Shown: positions 30,198-40,278 of the stretch, one piece after another
How the letters are laid out: every line of letters begins with the position of its first letter
How positions within the stretch are numbered: the stretch's first letter is position 1
Source: Gemmatales bacterium
GTDB lineage: Bacteria > Planctomycetota > Planctomycetia > Gemmatales > HRBIN36
DNA length: 64,000 nt
Direction: 5' to 3'
Assembly: GCA_041640595.1 (NCBI GenBank)
Contig: JBEPZY010000004.1
Span: 98,273 to 162,272 of the forward strand
The notes under the pieces: generated by a model
What the model was told of the DNA's origin: nothing
Seen by the model: the letters and a program-made list of their open reading frames with translations, nothing else
The model's database searches: none
Made by a program: the position numbers and the translations under genes

Positions 30198-32066
30198 TTA
30201 CGTCAACCGGAATTTCTGCGGTCTGGCTTCCGGATACTTCACGCGAGCGTGATACAGGGCAATCAAACTTTTCGTCAGGCTATCCTCGATTTGCCGCAAT
30301 TCGGTGAGTGTCAGGCCACTGTCATCGAACTGGCCATCGAGCAATCGTTTGAGCACAATCTCATGAACGAGCTTTTGCAGACTGCCCGGGGACGGCTCAG
30401 CGAGAGCGCGAGCGGCACCTTCAACGGCATCGGCGAGCATAACGATCCCGGCTTCGCGGGTCTGCGGTTTCGGACCGGGATAACGGAAATTGGCCTCCAG
30501 ACTCCCGGCAACGTGCCGAGAATCAGGGGAGCTGCCGGTTTGCTGGTGTTCTGGAGGCTGCTGGGTCGCGGTCATCGCTATCGTACCGGTCTCGCTAATG
30601 GTCGGCGATACTGCCGAGTTCTGTCCATCGGAAGCAGTATTGGCCAGGCTCAGCGGCGGGTTTTGAACCGTCTTGGCCTGCTCCTCCGACGGGATCGGTT
30701 TCGACGACCGCCCCGATTCCAGACATTGCCGTAAAGCCTGACGATAAAAATACTCCACCAGTGTTGTGCCGTGGTGTTGTTCGATCATGTCGAGGATGGG
30801 CCTGGGCAAACGGTATTGCTGACCGAGAGCCACGCCGTCTTTGACGTGGCTGATGATGATCAGAGCACTCATCGCCGGCGCCAGTCCGAGATGGCGATTT
30901 TCGCCGGTTTGATTTTCGACGAAATAATGGGGCTTGAGCATTTTGCCGATGTCGTGGAAACAGGAGCCAACGCGACACAACAGTGGATTGGCACCAATAC
31001 GTTCTGCAGCCGCCTCAGCGAGAGTCGCTACGGTCATGCTGTGGGTGTAAGTGCCGGGGGCTCGACGCAGCAATTCCTGCAACAGCGGATGACTGAGATC
31101 GGCTAACTCCAGCAGGCTGATGTCGGTCACCACGCCGAAGAGTTTTTCCACAAACGGCAACAGTCCCGTCAGGCACAGACCGGCCAGGAGGCTGTAAAAG
31201 AATCGCCGGGCCGCGTCCCAGGCCATCAGCGTCCAGGTTTGCTCCGTCAGGAGTCCCACCGCAATCGTCATAGCGGCAAAAACAATGCCGGCCCAGAAGC
31301 TAACAACCACCAGTTGCGAGCGTGTGCGTACGCGGCGCAGCATCAAGACGCACGTGATCAGACCGCTGGCCAGCACGACAAATTGTCGTTCCAGCGTTGC
31401 CCCGTTCGCCAGGGTCACCATCAGTGCCAGCGACACCACTACCAGAAATGCCAGCCCCTGGGGAATGGCCAGGCTCAGAATCATCGCCAGCATCACCAGA
31501 GGCAACACCGCAGCATACCAGGGAGCCTGTCCGAATAGCACACCCAGCCCGGCGCCAAGAACCACACTGGCACAAACAAGCACCAGCTTTCGGGTCTCGT
31601 AAGCAAAAGCCGGACAATAACGCCAGGTGCAAACAGCCAGCAGGGCCGTTACGGCTGCGGTGATCAAAAACACGCCGAACCAGTGCCGCAGGTGATCGTG
31701 CAGGGTCAATGTGCGCAGGTATGCGAGATGTTCCGCCCGTAACAGGGCGAGTTGTTTTTCCGTGATGGGTTGCCCGGCGGGAACCAGCACACTTCCCTGG
31801 GGATATTCATGGTCATCCAGGCTTCGGAAATCCAGCCGGGCCAGAATCGCTCGGGGATAAATTTCACCTTCGCGGAAGGGAAATGGCGGCCCCCAGAAGT
31901 TGCCGCCAGCGTTGACCACCAGACTCACGGCCAGGGCAGTAGCGGCAAGCAAAAACAACCGTCCGAACAACCAGCGCCGGAGTGGGCGAGAAGAACCTCG
32001 GCCCATTGGTCTGAAGCCCGGCCAGCGTTCTGACCGGACCCATCGCCGCACGTTGTTACTGAACAT
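30198..32066 (-). CDS. 7TM-HD (HDIG) membrane phosphohydrolase, PgpH-like
   Basis: Multi-TM region, APGTYTHS, FHDIGK, ISHVKDG, QHHGTT, RYPGPKP, LADAVE; lies downstream of phoH as in known operons. Confidence 0.9.
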   Translation of the reverse strand: MFSNNVRRWVRSERWPGFRPMGRGSSRPLRRWLFGRLFLLAATALAVSLVVNAGGNFWGPPFPFREGEIYPRAILARLDFRSLDDHEYPQGSVLVPAGQPITEKQLALLRAEHLAYLRTLTLHDHLRHWFGVFLITAAVTALLAVCTWRYCPAFAYETRKLVLVCASVVLGAGLGVLFGQAPWYAAVLPLVMLAMILSLAIPQGLAFLVVVSLALMVTLANGATLERQFVVLASGLITCVLMLRRVRTRSQLVVVSFWAGIVFAAMTIAVGLLTEQTWTLMAWDAARRFFYSLLAGLCLTGLLPFVEKLFGVVTDISLLELADLSHPLLQELLRRAPGTYTHSMTVATLAEAAAERIGANPLLCRVGSCFHDIGKMLKPHYFVENQTGENRHLGLAPAMSALIIISHVKDGVALGQQYRLPRPILDMIEQHHGTTLVEYFYRQALRQCLESGRSSKPIPSEEQAKTVQNPPLSLANTASDGQNSAVSPTISETGTIAMTATQQPPEHQQTGSSPDSRHVAGSLEANFRYPGPKPQTREAGIVMLADAVEGAARALAEPSPGSLQKLVHEIVLKRLLDGQFDDSGLTLTELRQIEDSLTKSLIALYHARVKYPEARPQKFRLT

Positions 32067-32158
32067 TTCCCGGTCAATTCCCTATGCCGCTTCGTGGCGA
32101 GCATTCGCTGAGCTTCCCGGTCGCAGCGTCCGTGCCCTGGCACTGGCCACGAAAGCCG

Positions 32159-33109
32159 TTACTCGGTTCGCTTCTTGCGGGGCGGTTCCTGTTCATAGGC
32201 GTGCACGATTTTCTGCACCAGCGGATGGCGTACTATGTCCTTTTGTCCCAATTCCACAATAGCAATCCCTTCGATTCCCCGCAAGCGCTGGATGGCGTCA
32301 ATCAAACCGCTGGGCTGGCTTTTGGGCAAGTCCACTTGCGTAATATCGCCGGTGACGATAATCTTGGAACCCAGCCCCATGCGTGTCAAAAACATGCGCA
32401 TCTGGGCCACGGTGGCATTTTGCCCCTCGTCGAGGATGATGACCGCCTGGTTGAGCGTTCGCCCACGCATATAAGCGAGCGGACAAATCTCAATGACGTC
32501 ATTCTCCATATACCGGCGGACACGCTCCGGATCGATCATGTCTTCGAGAGCATCCAGCAGGGGACGCAAGAACGGGTTGACCTTAGCAGCAATGTCGCCC
32601 GGTAGATAACCCAGCCGTTCTCCGGCTTCGACTGCTGGTCGGCACAAAACAATTCGCTTGGCGTTGCCGGTCTTGAGGCAGTGCACTGCCATGGCTACGG
32701 CTAGATACGTCTTGCCTGTCCCGGCCGGGCCAATGCACAGCACCACAGGATTCTCCTGCATGGCCCGGACATAGTAGGCCTGACCGTCGGTGCGTGGCCG
32801 AACGTTCCGCATGCCCAGTGCCGGACTGCTCTCCGTCGCCAATTCGCTGCCGCCGCTGCGAACCAGGTCGAGCACGGTGCGGACGTCGGCCAGACTTACC
32901 GGCCCCTGCTGGCCCATTTGCCGCAATTGCTCGAACACGCGCTGGGCGGTGTGCACCTGTTCTTCGGTTCCTTCGATTTGCAAAGTGTGCTCCCGCGGAA
33001 TCAGGCGCACCCCCAAGACTTCCCGAACCAGGCGAACGTTTTGGTCCCGGCTACCGAGCACGCGAACGATCTCGTCGCGGTTGGCAAACTCGATGATTTT
33101 TTCCGCCAT
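32159..33109 (-). CDS. phoH: PhoH family ATPase
   Basis: GPAGTGKTYLA, RPAVEAGERLGYLPG, PLAYMRGRTL, DEGQN, TGDITQVDL; ATG 33109 after AAGGAGG. Confidence 0.95.
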   Translation of the reverse strand: MAEKIIEFANRDEIVRVLGSRDQNVRLVREVLGVRLIPREHTLQIEGTEEQVHTAQRVFEQLRQMGQQGPVSLADVRTVLDLVRSGGSELATESSPALGMRNVRPRTDGQAYYVRAMQENPVVLCIGPAGTGKTYLAVAMAVHCLKTGNAKRIVLCRPAVEAGERLGYLPGDIAAKVNPFLRPLLDALEDMIDPERVRRYMENDVIEICPLAYMRGRTLNQAVIILDEGQNATVAQMRMFLTRMGLGSKIIVTGDITQVDLPKSQPSGLIDAIQRLRGIEGIAIVELGQKDIVRHPLVQKIVHAYEQEPPRKKRTE

Positions 33110-33171
33110 GTCTAGCTGTGCTACCTCCTTTCTCCCAGGCAGAAGTTCACGCCTCTTCTGAGCGCTGTATT

Positions 33172-34095
33172 CTATAGCTGCCGACCAATCGAGAGAGCCA
33201 GCCAGCTCACGGGCGCACTCAGCAATAAAGAATCCACGACGTCGAGGACACCTCCGAGGCCGGGCATGTAGCTGGAAGTGTCCTTGACCTGGCGTTCGCG
33301 CTTGACCAGTGACTCGGCCAGGTCGCTGTACTGAGCGACGATGCCGACCACCGCCGCTGACACCAGTGCCACCGGCCAGGAGAGCAGAGGTTGTCCGGTG
33401 TGGTAACGACACATTTCAGCGATGGCCAGGCCGATCAGAATTGAGCCCACAAGACCGGCAAGAGCTCCTTCCCAGGTTTTCTTGGGGCTGAGGACAGGTG
33501 CCAGTTGATGCCGACCCAACCACGATCCGCCGAAATACGCAGCCATGTCGCCGACTTTCGGAACGAAAATGCCGAACGCTAACGCCCATAGTCCCAAATC
33601 GCTTGCGGAGGTGATGCCAGTCACCGTTTCTTCGCCAAGCCAGCGTAATCGTAGCAGAAAACCGGGAGCCACGCCGAGCCACACCAGAGCCAGTGCGCCC
33701 AGTGCCAAACGCTGAATCGCTCCTTCTTTCCCGACAAAGCGAGCCATCTCCGCCAGAAATCCGACGAGCAGCACCAGGGCGGTTACCAGGAGCACAACGG
33801 TTGCCGATCCGCCCCATCCCGACGGCAGTGCCAGCCCCTGCGGTATCCAGTTGGCCAGCAGCAGAGCAATTACGCCGCCGTCCATCCACCATCCCGGTGG
33901 TCGCGGTTCCGGAAAAATTTGCCGTAACTCCCGGCTCGCCAGCCAGCCAAAGCCAATCGTCGTCACCGCCAGAAACGGATACCACGGTGCCCAGTAGCGA
34001 TCGAACACCAGAACGGCGACGGCGAGCAACAGGAGCAAGCTTCCGATCAGCAGTCGCGGAGCCAGGCTTTGCCAACGTTGCCGCGGTTGGTTCAC
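33172..34095 (-). CDS. cdsA: Phosphatidate cytidylyltransferase
   Basis: DMAAYFGG...SPKKTWEG, DLAESLVKR...KD, PGLGGVLDVVDS; follows uppS with 4-bp overlap. Confidence 0.92.
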   Translation of the reverse strand: MNQPRQRWQSLAPRLLIGSLLLLLAVAVLVFDRYWAPWYPFLAVTTIGFGWLASRELRQIFPEPRPPGWWMDGGVIALLLANWIPQGLALPSGWGGSATVVLLVTALVLLVGFLAEMARFVGKEGAIQRLALGALALVWLGVAPGFLLRLRWLGEETVTGITSASDLGLWALAFGIFVPKVGDMAAYFGGSWLGRHQLAPVLSPKKTWEGALAGLVGSILIGLAIAEMCRYHTGQPLLSWPVALVSAAVVGIVAQYSDLAESLVKRERQVKDTSSYMPGLGGVLDVVDSLLLSAPVSWLALSIGRQL

Positions 34096-34862
34096 GGACA
34101 AGGCAACCCTCCAAACCGTCGCTGCCTTTGTGCGTAATCGCGCAGGGCTAGGTAAAAATCCTCGCGGGTAAACTCCGGCCAGCACTTGGGCGTAACATGC
34201 AGTTCGGCATACGAAATCTGCCAGAGCAGGAAATTACTGAGCCGCATCTCGCCGCTGGTGCGGATCAGCAAATCGGGATCGGGCATGCCCGCGGTGTACA
34301 GAGCGTTGTGGATGGTTTCCTCGGTAATGTCGTCGGGATCGAGCTGACCGTCGCGCACCTGTCGGGCCAGTTTGCGAAAAGCGTCGGTGAGTTCTGCCCG
34401 GCCGCCGTAATTCAACGCCAGGCAGAGCACCAGCCCGGTATTGTGCCGGCTCACCTGACGATTGATGTCCAGTTCACGGCGAACCTGGGCCGGCAGCGCG
34501 TCGAGTCGGCCAATGGCGGTGAAGCGGATATTCTGCTCCAGAATCTCCTGCCGCTCTTCGCGGAGATACTGCTCCAGAAGCAGCATCAAAAATTCCAGTT
34601 CGCTGCGTGGCCGTTTCCAGTTCTCCACGCTCAGACAATACAGGGTCAGCTGCTGCAGACCGAGCCGACAGGACTCCTCGACCACGGTACGCACACTCTG
34701 CACCCCGCGTCGGTGTCCCTCGATGCGAGGTAATCCCTGACGGCGTGCCCAGCGACCATTACCGTCCATGATGATTGCGACATGGCGTGGCAACTGCTCT
34801 GGTGCCAACCCAAGCTCGGCCAGGTTGACCTGTGCTTGTGCCATAACCAGCCGCCTCAGCAT
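34092..34862 (-). CDS. uppS: Undecaprenyl diphosphate synthase (cis-isoprenyl transferase)
   Basis: HVAIIMDGNGRWA, SVENWKRP, NYGGR, DLLIRTSGEMRLSNFLLWQ, RRFGG. Confidence 0.97.
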   Translation of the reverse strand: MLRRLVMAQAQVNLAELGLAPEQLPRHVAIIMDGNGRWARRQGLPRIEGHRRGVQSVRTVVEESCRLGLQQLTLYCLSVENWKRPRSELEFLMLLLEQYLREERQEILEQNIRFTAIGRLDALPAQVRRELDINRQVSRHNTGLVLCLALNYGGRAELTDAFRKLARQVRDGQLDPDDITEETIHNALYTAGMPDPDLLIRTSGEMRLSNFLLWQISYAELHVTPKCWPEFTREDFYLALRDYAQRQRRFGGLPCP

Positions 34863-36214
34863 TCTCGAATAGTCTGCTCAGGTTGCGGGCCAACGGAAAT
34901 GTAGCGAATCGGCAAGCCGACCAGTTCGCTGAGCCGATCCAGATACTGCCGCGCTTCCCGGGGCAGGTCGGCCAGACGGCGGACACCGGACAATTCCGAT
35001 TTCCAGCCGGGCCAGCGTTCATAGACGGGACGGCAGCGTTCCAGTCGGTAAGCCTCGCCGACCAGCTCGCCGATACGCTCCCCATCCAGATCATAAGCCA
35101 CGCAAATGGCCAGTTCGTCCAGACCGGTAAGCACATCCAGTTTCATGATGGCCAGTTCGTCGGCAGCACTGATGCGTGCGGCGTAGCGAACAGCAACGGC
35201 ATCGAACCAGCCACAACGCCTGGCCCGACTGGTGACCGTTCCGTATTCCTGGCCGCGCCGCCGAATATACTCCCCCGTCGCGTCGGACAATTCCGTAGGA
35301 AACGGCCCAGCCCCGACCCGCGTCGTGTACGCTTTCACCACGCCGACCACACGCTCCAGATACCGTGCCGGAAAGCCTGTTCCGCTCCATAGTCCCGTGG
35401 TCGAACTGTTGGAGCTGGTTACATACGGATACGTGCCATGGTCCACATCCAGCAGGCTTCCCTGAGCGGCTTCGAAAAGCAATCGTTTACCGGATTCGTA
35501 AGCATGGTGGAGCAGCCCGACGGTGTCGCGGATAAACGGACGCAGACGCTGGCCATACTCAGCATACGTTGCCGCTAGCTGCTCCGGATTCCAATCTGTT
35601 GCGGCAGTGGTCAGCTCAGGCGAAACGGCTTCCGGCTTGCTCGATCGCTGCCCGGTGCTCGCCTCACGCAAGGCAGACAAATGCCGCTGTTTGCGAGGCA
35701 GAATTTCCCTGAGCCGGCGATAGAGATGGTCGGCGTCCAGCAGTTCGCCGACGCGAATGCCACTATTGCGACCGACTTTGTCCTGATAACAGGGGCCGAT
35801 CCCCCGGCCGGTAGTGCCAATCGGCTGACTGGCTCCCGCGTCGTTGAGGCGATCCTCGGCCTGATGGTAAGGGAAAACGACATGAGCACGGTCGCTCAGC
35901 ACCAGGCGGCTTTCCGCCTCAATCCCCGCCTGACGCAACGATTCCAGTTCCTGCAACAGCTGCGGCGGATAAACCACCACGCCGTTGGCTATCACCCCGA
36001 GCACATGCGAATGCAGCAAGCCGGATGGCAACAGCGAGAATTTAAAGTGCTGGCCGTTGCGAACCACGGTGTGTCCAGCATTGGCACCGCCGTTGTAACG
36101 GATCACCAGATCGTGTTCCTCGCTGAGCAGGTCGACGATTTTCCCTTTCGCCTCGTCGCCCCACTGCAGACCCACCACACACGTACAGCGACTGGGCCGG
36201 AGTAGTTCTGCCAT
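34856..36214 (-). CDS. purA: Adenylosuccinate synthetase
   Basis: GLQWGDEAKGK, GGANAGHT, IGTTGRGIGP, DVDHGTYPYVTSS, KAYTTRVG, RRCGWFD. Confidence 0.97.
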   Translation of the reverse strand: MAELLRPSRCTCVVGLQWGDEAKGKIVDLLSEEHDLVIRYNGGANAGHTVVRNGQHFKFSLLPSGLLHSHVLGVIANGVVVYPPQLLQELESLRQAGIEAESRLVLSDRAHVVFPYHQAEDRLNDAGASQPIGTTGRGIGPCYQDKVGRNSGIRVGELLDADHLYRRLREILPRKQRHLSALREASTGQRSSKPEAVSPELTTAATDWNPEQLAATYAEYGQRLRPFIRDTVGLLHHAYESGKRLLFEAAQGSLLDVDHGTYPYVTSSNSSTTGLWSGTGFPARYLERVVGVVKAYTTRVGAGPFPTELSDATGEYIRRRGQEYGTVTSRARRCGWFDAVAVRYAARISAADELAIMKLDVLTGLDELAICVAYDLDGERIGELVGEAYRLERCRPVYERWPGWKSELSGVRRLADLPREARQYLDRLSELVGLPIRYISVGPQPEQTIREC

Positions 36215-36283
36215 CTTCTCCTTCCGCTCAATTTCTCGACTCACCGATGGAGCGTCCATTGCGGATCGCTGCTGAGGCAAGGT

Positions 36284-37567
36284 TCAGCGTGGCCGACGCG
36301 GTGCCTGTAACGGCGGCCGTTCGCTGAGCTTGACTTTCAGCGTATGAAATTTCAGTTCTCTGCTGCGGTGATCCAGCCGTGCGACTTCCACCAGCACTTC
36401 CGTCCCCGGCGGGGTATCCATAATCCAGCGGCGAAGTTGCTCGGCACTGGGCACCTCTTTACCGTTGAGACGAACGATAATGTCGCCCCGTTGAACGCCA
36501 GCGCGATCGGCAGCTTCGTGGGGCACCACTTCCACGATGAGGACTCCGCTGGTCAGCTTGAGCTGGTCGCGCACTGGCTCCGACAAATCTTCCAAAGCCA
36601 CTCCCAGAAAACCGCGCTGTACCTTATGGGGCGGTTGAATGAGCGGATCGAGGATTTTTCGAACCGTTTCGACCGGAATAGCCAGACCCACGCCGGCAAA
36701 CTCGCCCGTGCCGCTCAGGATAGCCGTATTGATCCCGATTACTCGCCCCTGCATATCGAGCAGTGGACCGCCAGAATTGCCGGGATTGATCGCGGCGTCG
36801 GTCTGGATCATTTCCACGTCGGACAGCTCGCCGATGCGAGTTCGTCCCACGGCACTCACCACGCCCACAGTCACGCTTTGCCGCAAACCAAACGGACTGC
36901 CGATGGCCACCACCCAGTCACCGACGGCATAAGAACCGTCCGGCGCCAGTTCTGCCACTACCAGGTCCGGTACGTCTTTAACTGAAATTTCCACCACCGC
37001 CAGATCGGTGGGCGGATCCGTATAAACTTGCTCCTTGTCGGCGTAAAGGCGCTTGCCCGAAGGCAGGATCACCTCGAAGCGATCTCCCTCCTGGACAACG
37101 TGGTTGTTGGTGAGCACGAAAGCGACATCGTCCTGTCGGCGAACGATGACACCGGAGCCTTCACCGCGAGGAATCGGAATTGTCTCGATCACACCGGGCC
37201 GGAGTCGTTGCTGCGCAACAAATGCCCGCACGGTGACTACAGCCGGTGCCGCTTTCTTGACCACCTCCCGCACGGGGGGACTGACGATGGGGGCAGTTTT
37301 GAGCCGTTCGGCAGCCGCTTCCGCCTCGGCTCGCAACTCGGCCTGCCGCTTGCGGTAGGCGATTTCCGCTTCTGCCTCGGCCTGGTGTTTGCGCAATTCC
37401 CATTGCCCTTCAACCGTCTGGAGCTTCTGAACCTGATACATCGCCACCACGCTCATGAACAGAGCTCCCACGGCGATGAGCAGAGTCAATACCGCTAGCC
37501 AGTTGCCTGGCGATGGATTGCTTTCCGGATGGTAAATGTGCCCGTAATAAGGATCGTTATGGCTCAT
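36284..37567 (-). CDS. HtrA/DegP-like trypsin serine protease with PDZ domain, membrane anchored
   Basis: TM helix, GSGVI, LTNNHV, TDLAV, QTDAAINPGNSGGPL, single PDZ. Confidence 0.94.
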   Translation of the reverse strand: MSHNDPYYGHIYHPESNPSPGNWLAVLTLLIAVGALFMSVVAMYQVQKLQTVEGQWELRKHQAEAEAEIAYRKRQAELRAEAEAAAERLKTAPIVSPPVREVVKKAAPAVVTVRAFVAQQRLRPGVIETIPIPRGEGSGVIVRRQDDVAFVLTNNHVVQEGDRFEVILPSGKRLYADKEQVYTDPPTDLAVVEISVKDVPDLVVAELAPDGSYAVGDWVVAIGSPFGLRQSVTVGVVSAVGRTRIGELSDVEMIQTDAAINPGNSGGPLLDMQGRVIGINTAILSGTGEFAGVGLAIPVETVRKILDPLIQPPHKVQRGFLGVALEDLSEPVRDQLKLTSGVLIVEVVPHEAADRAGVQRGDIIVRLNGKEVPSAEQLRRWIMDTPPGTEVLVEVARLDHRSRELKFHTLKVKLSERPPLQAPRRPR

Positions 37568-38898
37568 GGCAGACCTCGCAATGAGAATCCCGGCTCGGCA
37601 GCACCAGAAGCTGAGTCGGGCCTGGAAGCCGACACCGCCGCGCTGGCCTGTACACCTTCTGAATCTGCAGAGGACAATTCGGCGAGTGGGCCGAGAGCCA
37701 CTATCGTCGCATGCTTCAGATCATATTGTTCCATCAGGGCGACAAGTTGATCGCGATTAACGGCACGCAGCCGGGCCAGCTCCTCTTCCAGACTGCGATA
37801 CTGCCGCAAATACACCCAGCTATAGCCGAGCGAGCGCATACGGCCATAGGGGCGTTCATTGCCACGAACCAGCCGCGAGGCGAGTTTGCTCTGCGCCTGG
37901 TGAATTTCTTCCTCCTGCACACCGTCGCGGACGGCCTGAGCGATGGTTTGCATGGCCAGTTCGAGATTGCCGGCAGCATCCTGCGGGTCGCAGCAAAGAT
38001 AGGTGAAAAACGCTCCGGCATCCTGATATTCGTGATAGCTCATGTCGGCAGCATCGGCCCGGCCGGGATCAATCAAGGCCCAGTAAAGTCGGCTGCCAGT
38101 ATCATCACCGAGCACGGTAGCCAGAACCTCGGCCGCGTACCGCCACTCCGATGTGGCAGGTGGCGCGGGCAGCAACACAAACATGTGTTCCTGATTCACC
38201 TGCGGACGCTGAATCGTTTTTGTCGCGGGAGAAATCTGCGGCTCCAGCAGCTGTCGCGGTGCCTCTCCCGCAGGCCAGTTTCCGCAATACTTTTCCAACC
38301 ATTCCACCGTCTTCGCCCAATCGAATCGTCCGGCCAGCGCTACCACGATGTTGCCCGCCACATAACGCCGATGATAGTACTCTAGCATCTGTTCACGACG
38401 CAAGGCGGTGATGCTTTCCACCGTTCCCAGAATGCGGTGTCCCAGAGGATGTTCACCAAAGAACAACGTTACCGCCTGGTCGTAGGCCGACCACATCGGT
38501 TGATCCTCGTACATGCGAATCTCTTCGAGGATCACCTGCTTTTCCAGATCGAAATCTTCCTGCCGCAAACTCGGTCGCAGAATGTCGGTGAGGATGTCGA
38601 GAGCGTCGGCAAGATACTCCGGCAGAACTGCTGCCCAGAAGAGCGTAGTCTCCTCACCGGTGCAGGCGTTGTAATGGGCCCCGATGGCATCGAAATCGCG
38701 GTTGACATCCAGAGCCGTGCGCCGCTCTGTTCCCTTGAACACCATGTGTTCGAGGAAATGACTGACGCCGGCTTCTTCCGGTCGTTCGTCGCGGGCCCCG
38801 GTTTTGACGAAAAAGCCGACCGCCACCGATCGGCTGTGCGGCATGAATTCTCCCAGAATTTCCAGTCCGTTGGGCAGACGCTGGTAGTGGAATTGCAC
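37564..38898 (-). CDS. M16B zinc peptidase, catalytic subunit
   Basis: Inverted zinc motif HFLEH (SHFLEHMVFKGT), VILEE. Confidence 0.93.
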   Translation of the reverse strand: MQFHYQRLPNGLEILGEFMPHSRSVAVGFFVKTGARDERPEEAGVSHFLEHMVFKGTERRTALDVNRDFDAIGAHYNACTGEETTLFWAAVLPEYLADALDILTDILRPSLRQEDFDLEKQVILEEIRMYEDQPMWSAYDQAVTLFFGEHPLGHRILGTVESITALRREQMLEYYHRRYVAGNIVVALAGRFDWAKTVEWLEKYCGNWPAGEAPRQLLEPQISPATKTIQRPQVNQEHMFVLLPAPPATSEWRYAAEVLATVLGDDTGSRLYWALIDPGRADAADMSYHEYQDAGAFFTYLCCDPQDAAGNLELAMQTIAQAVRDGVQEEEIHQAQSKLASRLVRGNERPYGRMRSLGYSWVYLRQYRSLEEELARLRAVNRDQLVALMEQYDLKHATIVALGPLAELSSADSEGVQASAAVSASRPDSASGAAEPGFSLRGLP

Positions 38899-38974
38899 CG
38901 CTGAATGACTCCTGCTTGGATGCCTGAGGCGGTTATTTTCGCTGCGTTTCCGAAGTCTATTGCGAGCACCGGAT

Positions 38975-40210
38975 TCACGCGACCGGAATCTGCAACGGTT
39001 TGGGACCGAGCGTGACTATCGTGAAGTTCTGCGGGGGATATTGTCGCAAATGTTGCGTCAGGCGTTGCGGTGTGAGCGTATCAATTTCGTGCTGGATTTC
39101 ATCGAGGCTGCGGACACGCCCCAGATAATACCAATCCGAAGCCAGGCTCGATGCCCGTGCCGAAGCCGATTCCTGCTGCATGATCAGAGCCGACTTGAGT
39201 CCCGCCTGCACGCGCCGGATTTCCTCGTCGCTGACCCCTTCGGGAAGTCGGCGGAGTTCGGCCAGAAGCACGTCCAGCGTTTCCTGGGCGCGGTCGGCGG
39301 TCGTGCCGGCATAGCAAAACACGGCAGCGCGATCCTTGAAGCTATGGTAACTCGCCCAGACAGCGTAGCACAGACCACGTTTCTCCCGTACCTCCGTAAA
39401 GAGCCGGCTGCTCATACCGCCGCTGAGCACGGCCACAGCAGCCCGGGCGGCGTAGTAATCATCCTGGCCAAACGGCACAGCAGCATAGGCGACGCCGATC
39501 TGCGTTTGCTGCGTCTCGCGGGGAATGTGGGCATAATGTTGCGGTTCCGGTCCGAGTTTCCAGACTGGTTCCGGTTTGCTCGACCAGGAGCCAAACAGCC
39601 GCTCGACCACCTGGCCTATTTCCTCGCCGCGCACTCGTCCCGCCACGCTGAGGATGGTGCCGTTGGGACGAAATGTGCGATTATAAAACTCGCTGATATG
39701 CTCGATTGTCAGCCTTTTGACATGCTCCGGATCGCCCCGATAATCGTTGCCCAGCGGAGGCGGGTAATAGTGCCGGGCCAGTTCGACGAGGACTTTTTCG
39801 CGCGGCTCATCTTCGAGCGAATCCAGGGCACCCAGAGCCAGCTCTCGCACCGCCGGTAACTCTTTGGCAGGCAAATGCGGAGCTCGCACTACATCGGCAA
39901 AAATTTCCAGCGCTGGCACGAGATTGTCGGCAATGGTTACGCCCCAGAAATTCATATGGAATGAGCCAGCGCTGACACTGTAATCTACGCCCAGGGCATC
40001 CAGATCAAGGACGATCTTGCGGCTATCGCGGCTGCCGGCACCGCGCAGGATCAACTCCGACAGCACGTTGGCCGTGCCCAGGCCCTCGGGTGGATCGTAA
40101 ATGTGCCCGGCCGGAACCAGCATCGTGAAGGCCGCCGTTTTTACCTCCGGCATTTCCTCCACCAGCAAAGTCAAGCCGTTCGGCCAGGTGCGATGGTAAA
40201 TTTCCGACAA
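38975..40210 (-). CDS. M16B peptidase, non-catalytic partner subunit
   Basis: M16 fold lacking HxxEH (NVLSE), SSRLFTEVREKRGLCY; TTG start after AAGGAGGAG. Confidence 0.88.
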   Translation of the reverse strand: MSEIYHRTWPNGLTLLVEEMPEVKTAAFTMLVPAGHIYDPPEGLGTANVLSELILRGAGSRDSRKIVLDLDALGVDYSVSAGSFHMNFWGVTIADNLVPALEIFADVVRAPHLPAKELPAVRELALGALDSLEDEPREKVLVELARHYYPPPLGNDYRGDPEHVKRLTIEHISEFYNRTFRPNGTILSVAGRVRGEEIGQVVERLFGSWSSKPEPVWKLGPEPQHYAHIPRETQQTQIGVAYAAVPFGQDDYYAARAAVAVLSGGMSSRLFTEVREKRGLCYAVWASYHSFKDRAAVFCYAGTTADRAQETLDVLLAELRRLPEGVSDEEIRRVQAGLKSALIMQQESASARASSLASDWYYLGRVRSLDEIQHEIDTLTPQRLTQHLRQYPPQNFTIVTLGPKPLQIPVA

Positions 40211-40278
40211 GCGCTCCTCCTTGTGGCTCGCCAATTCCCGCATATTATACGGCTCGCAAAAGGATTAGCCGCCAGGCC

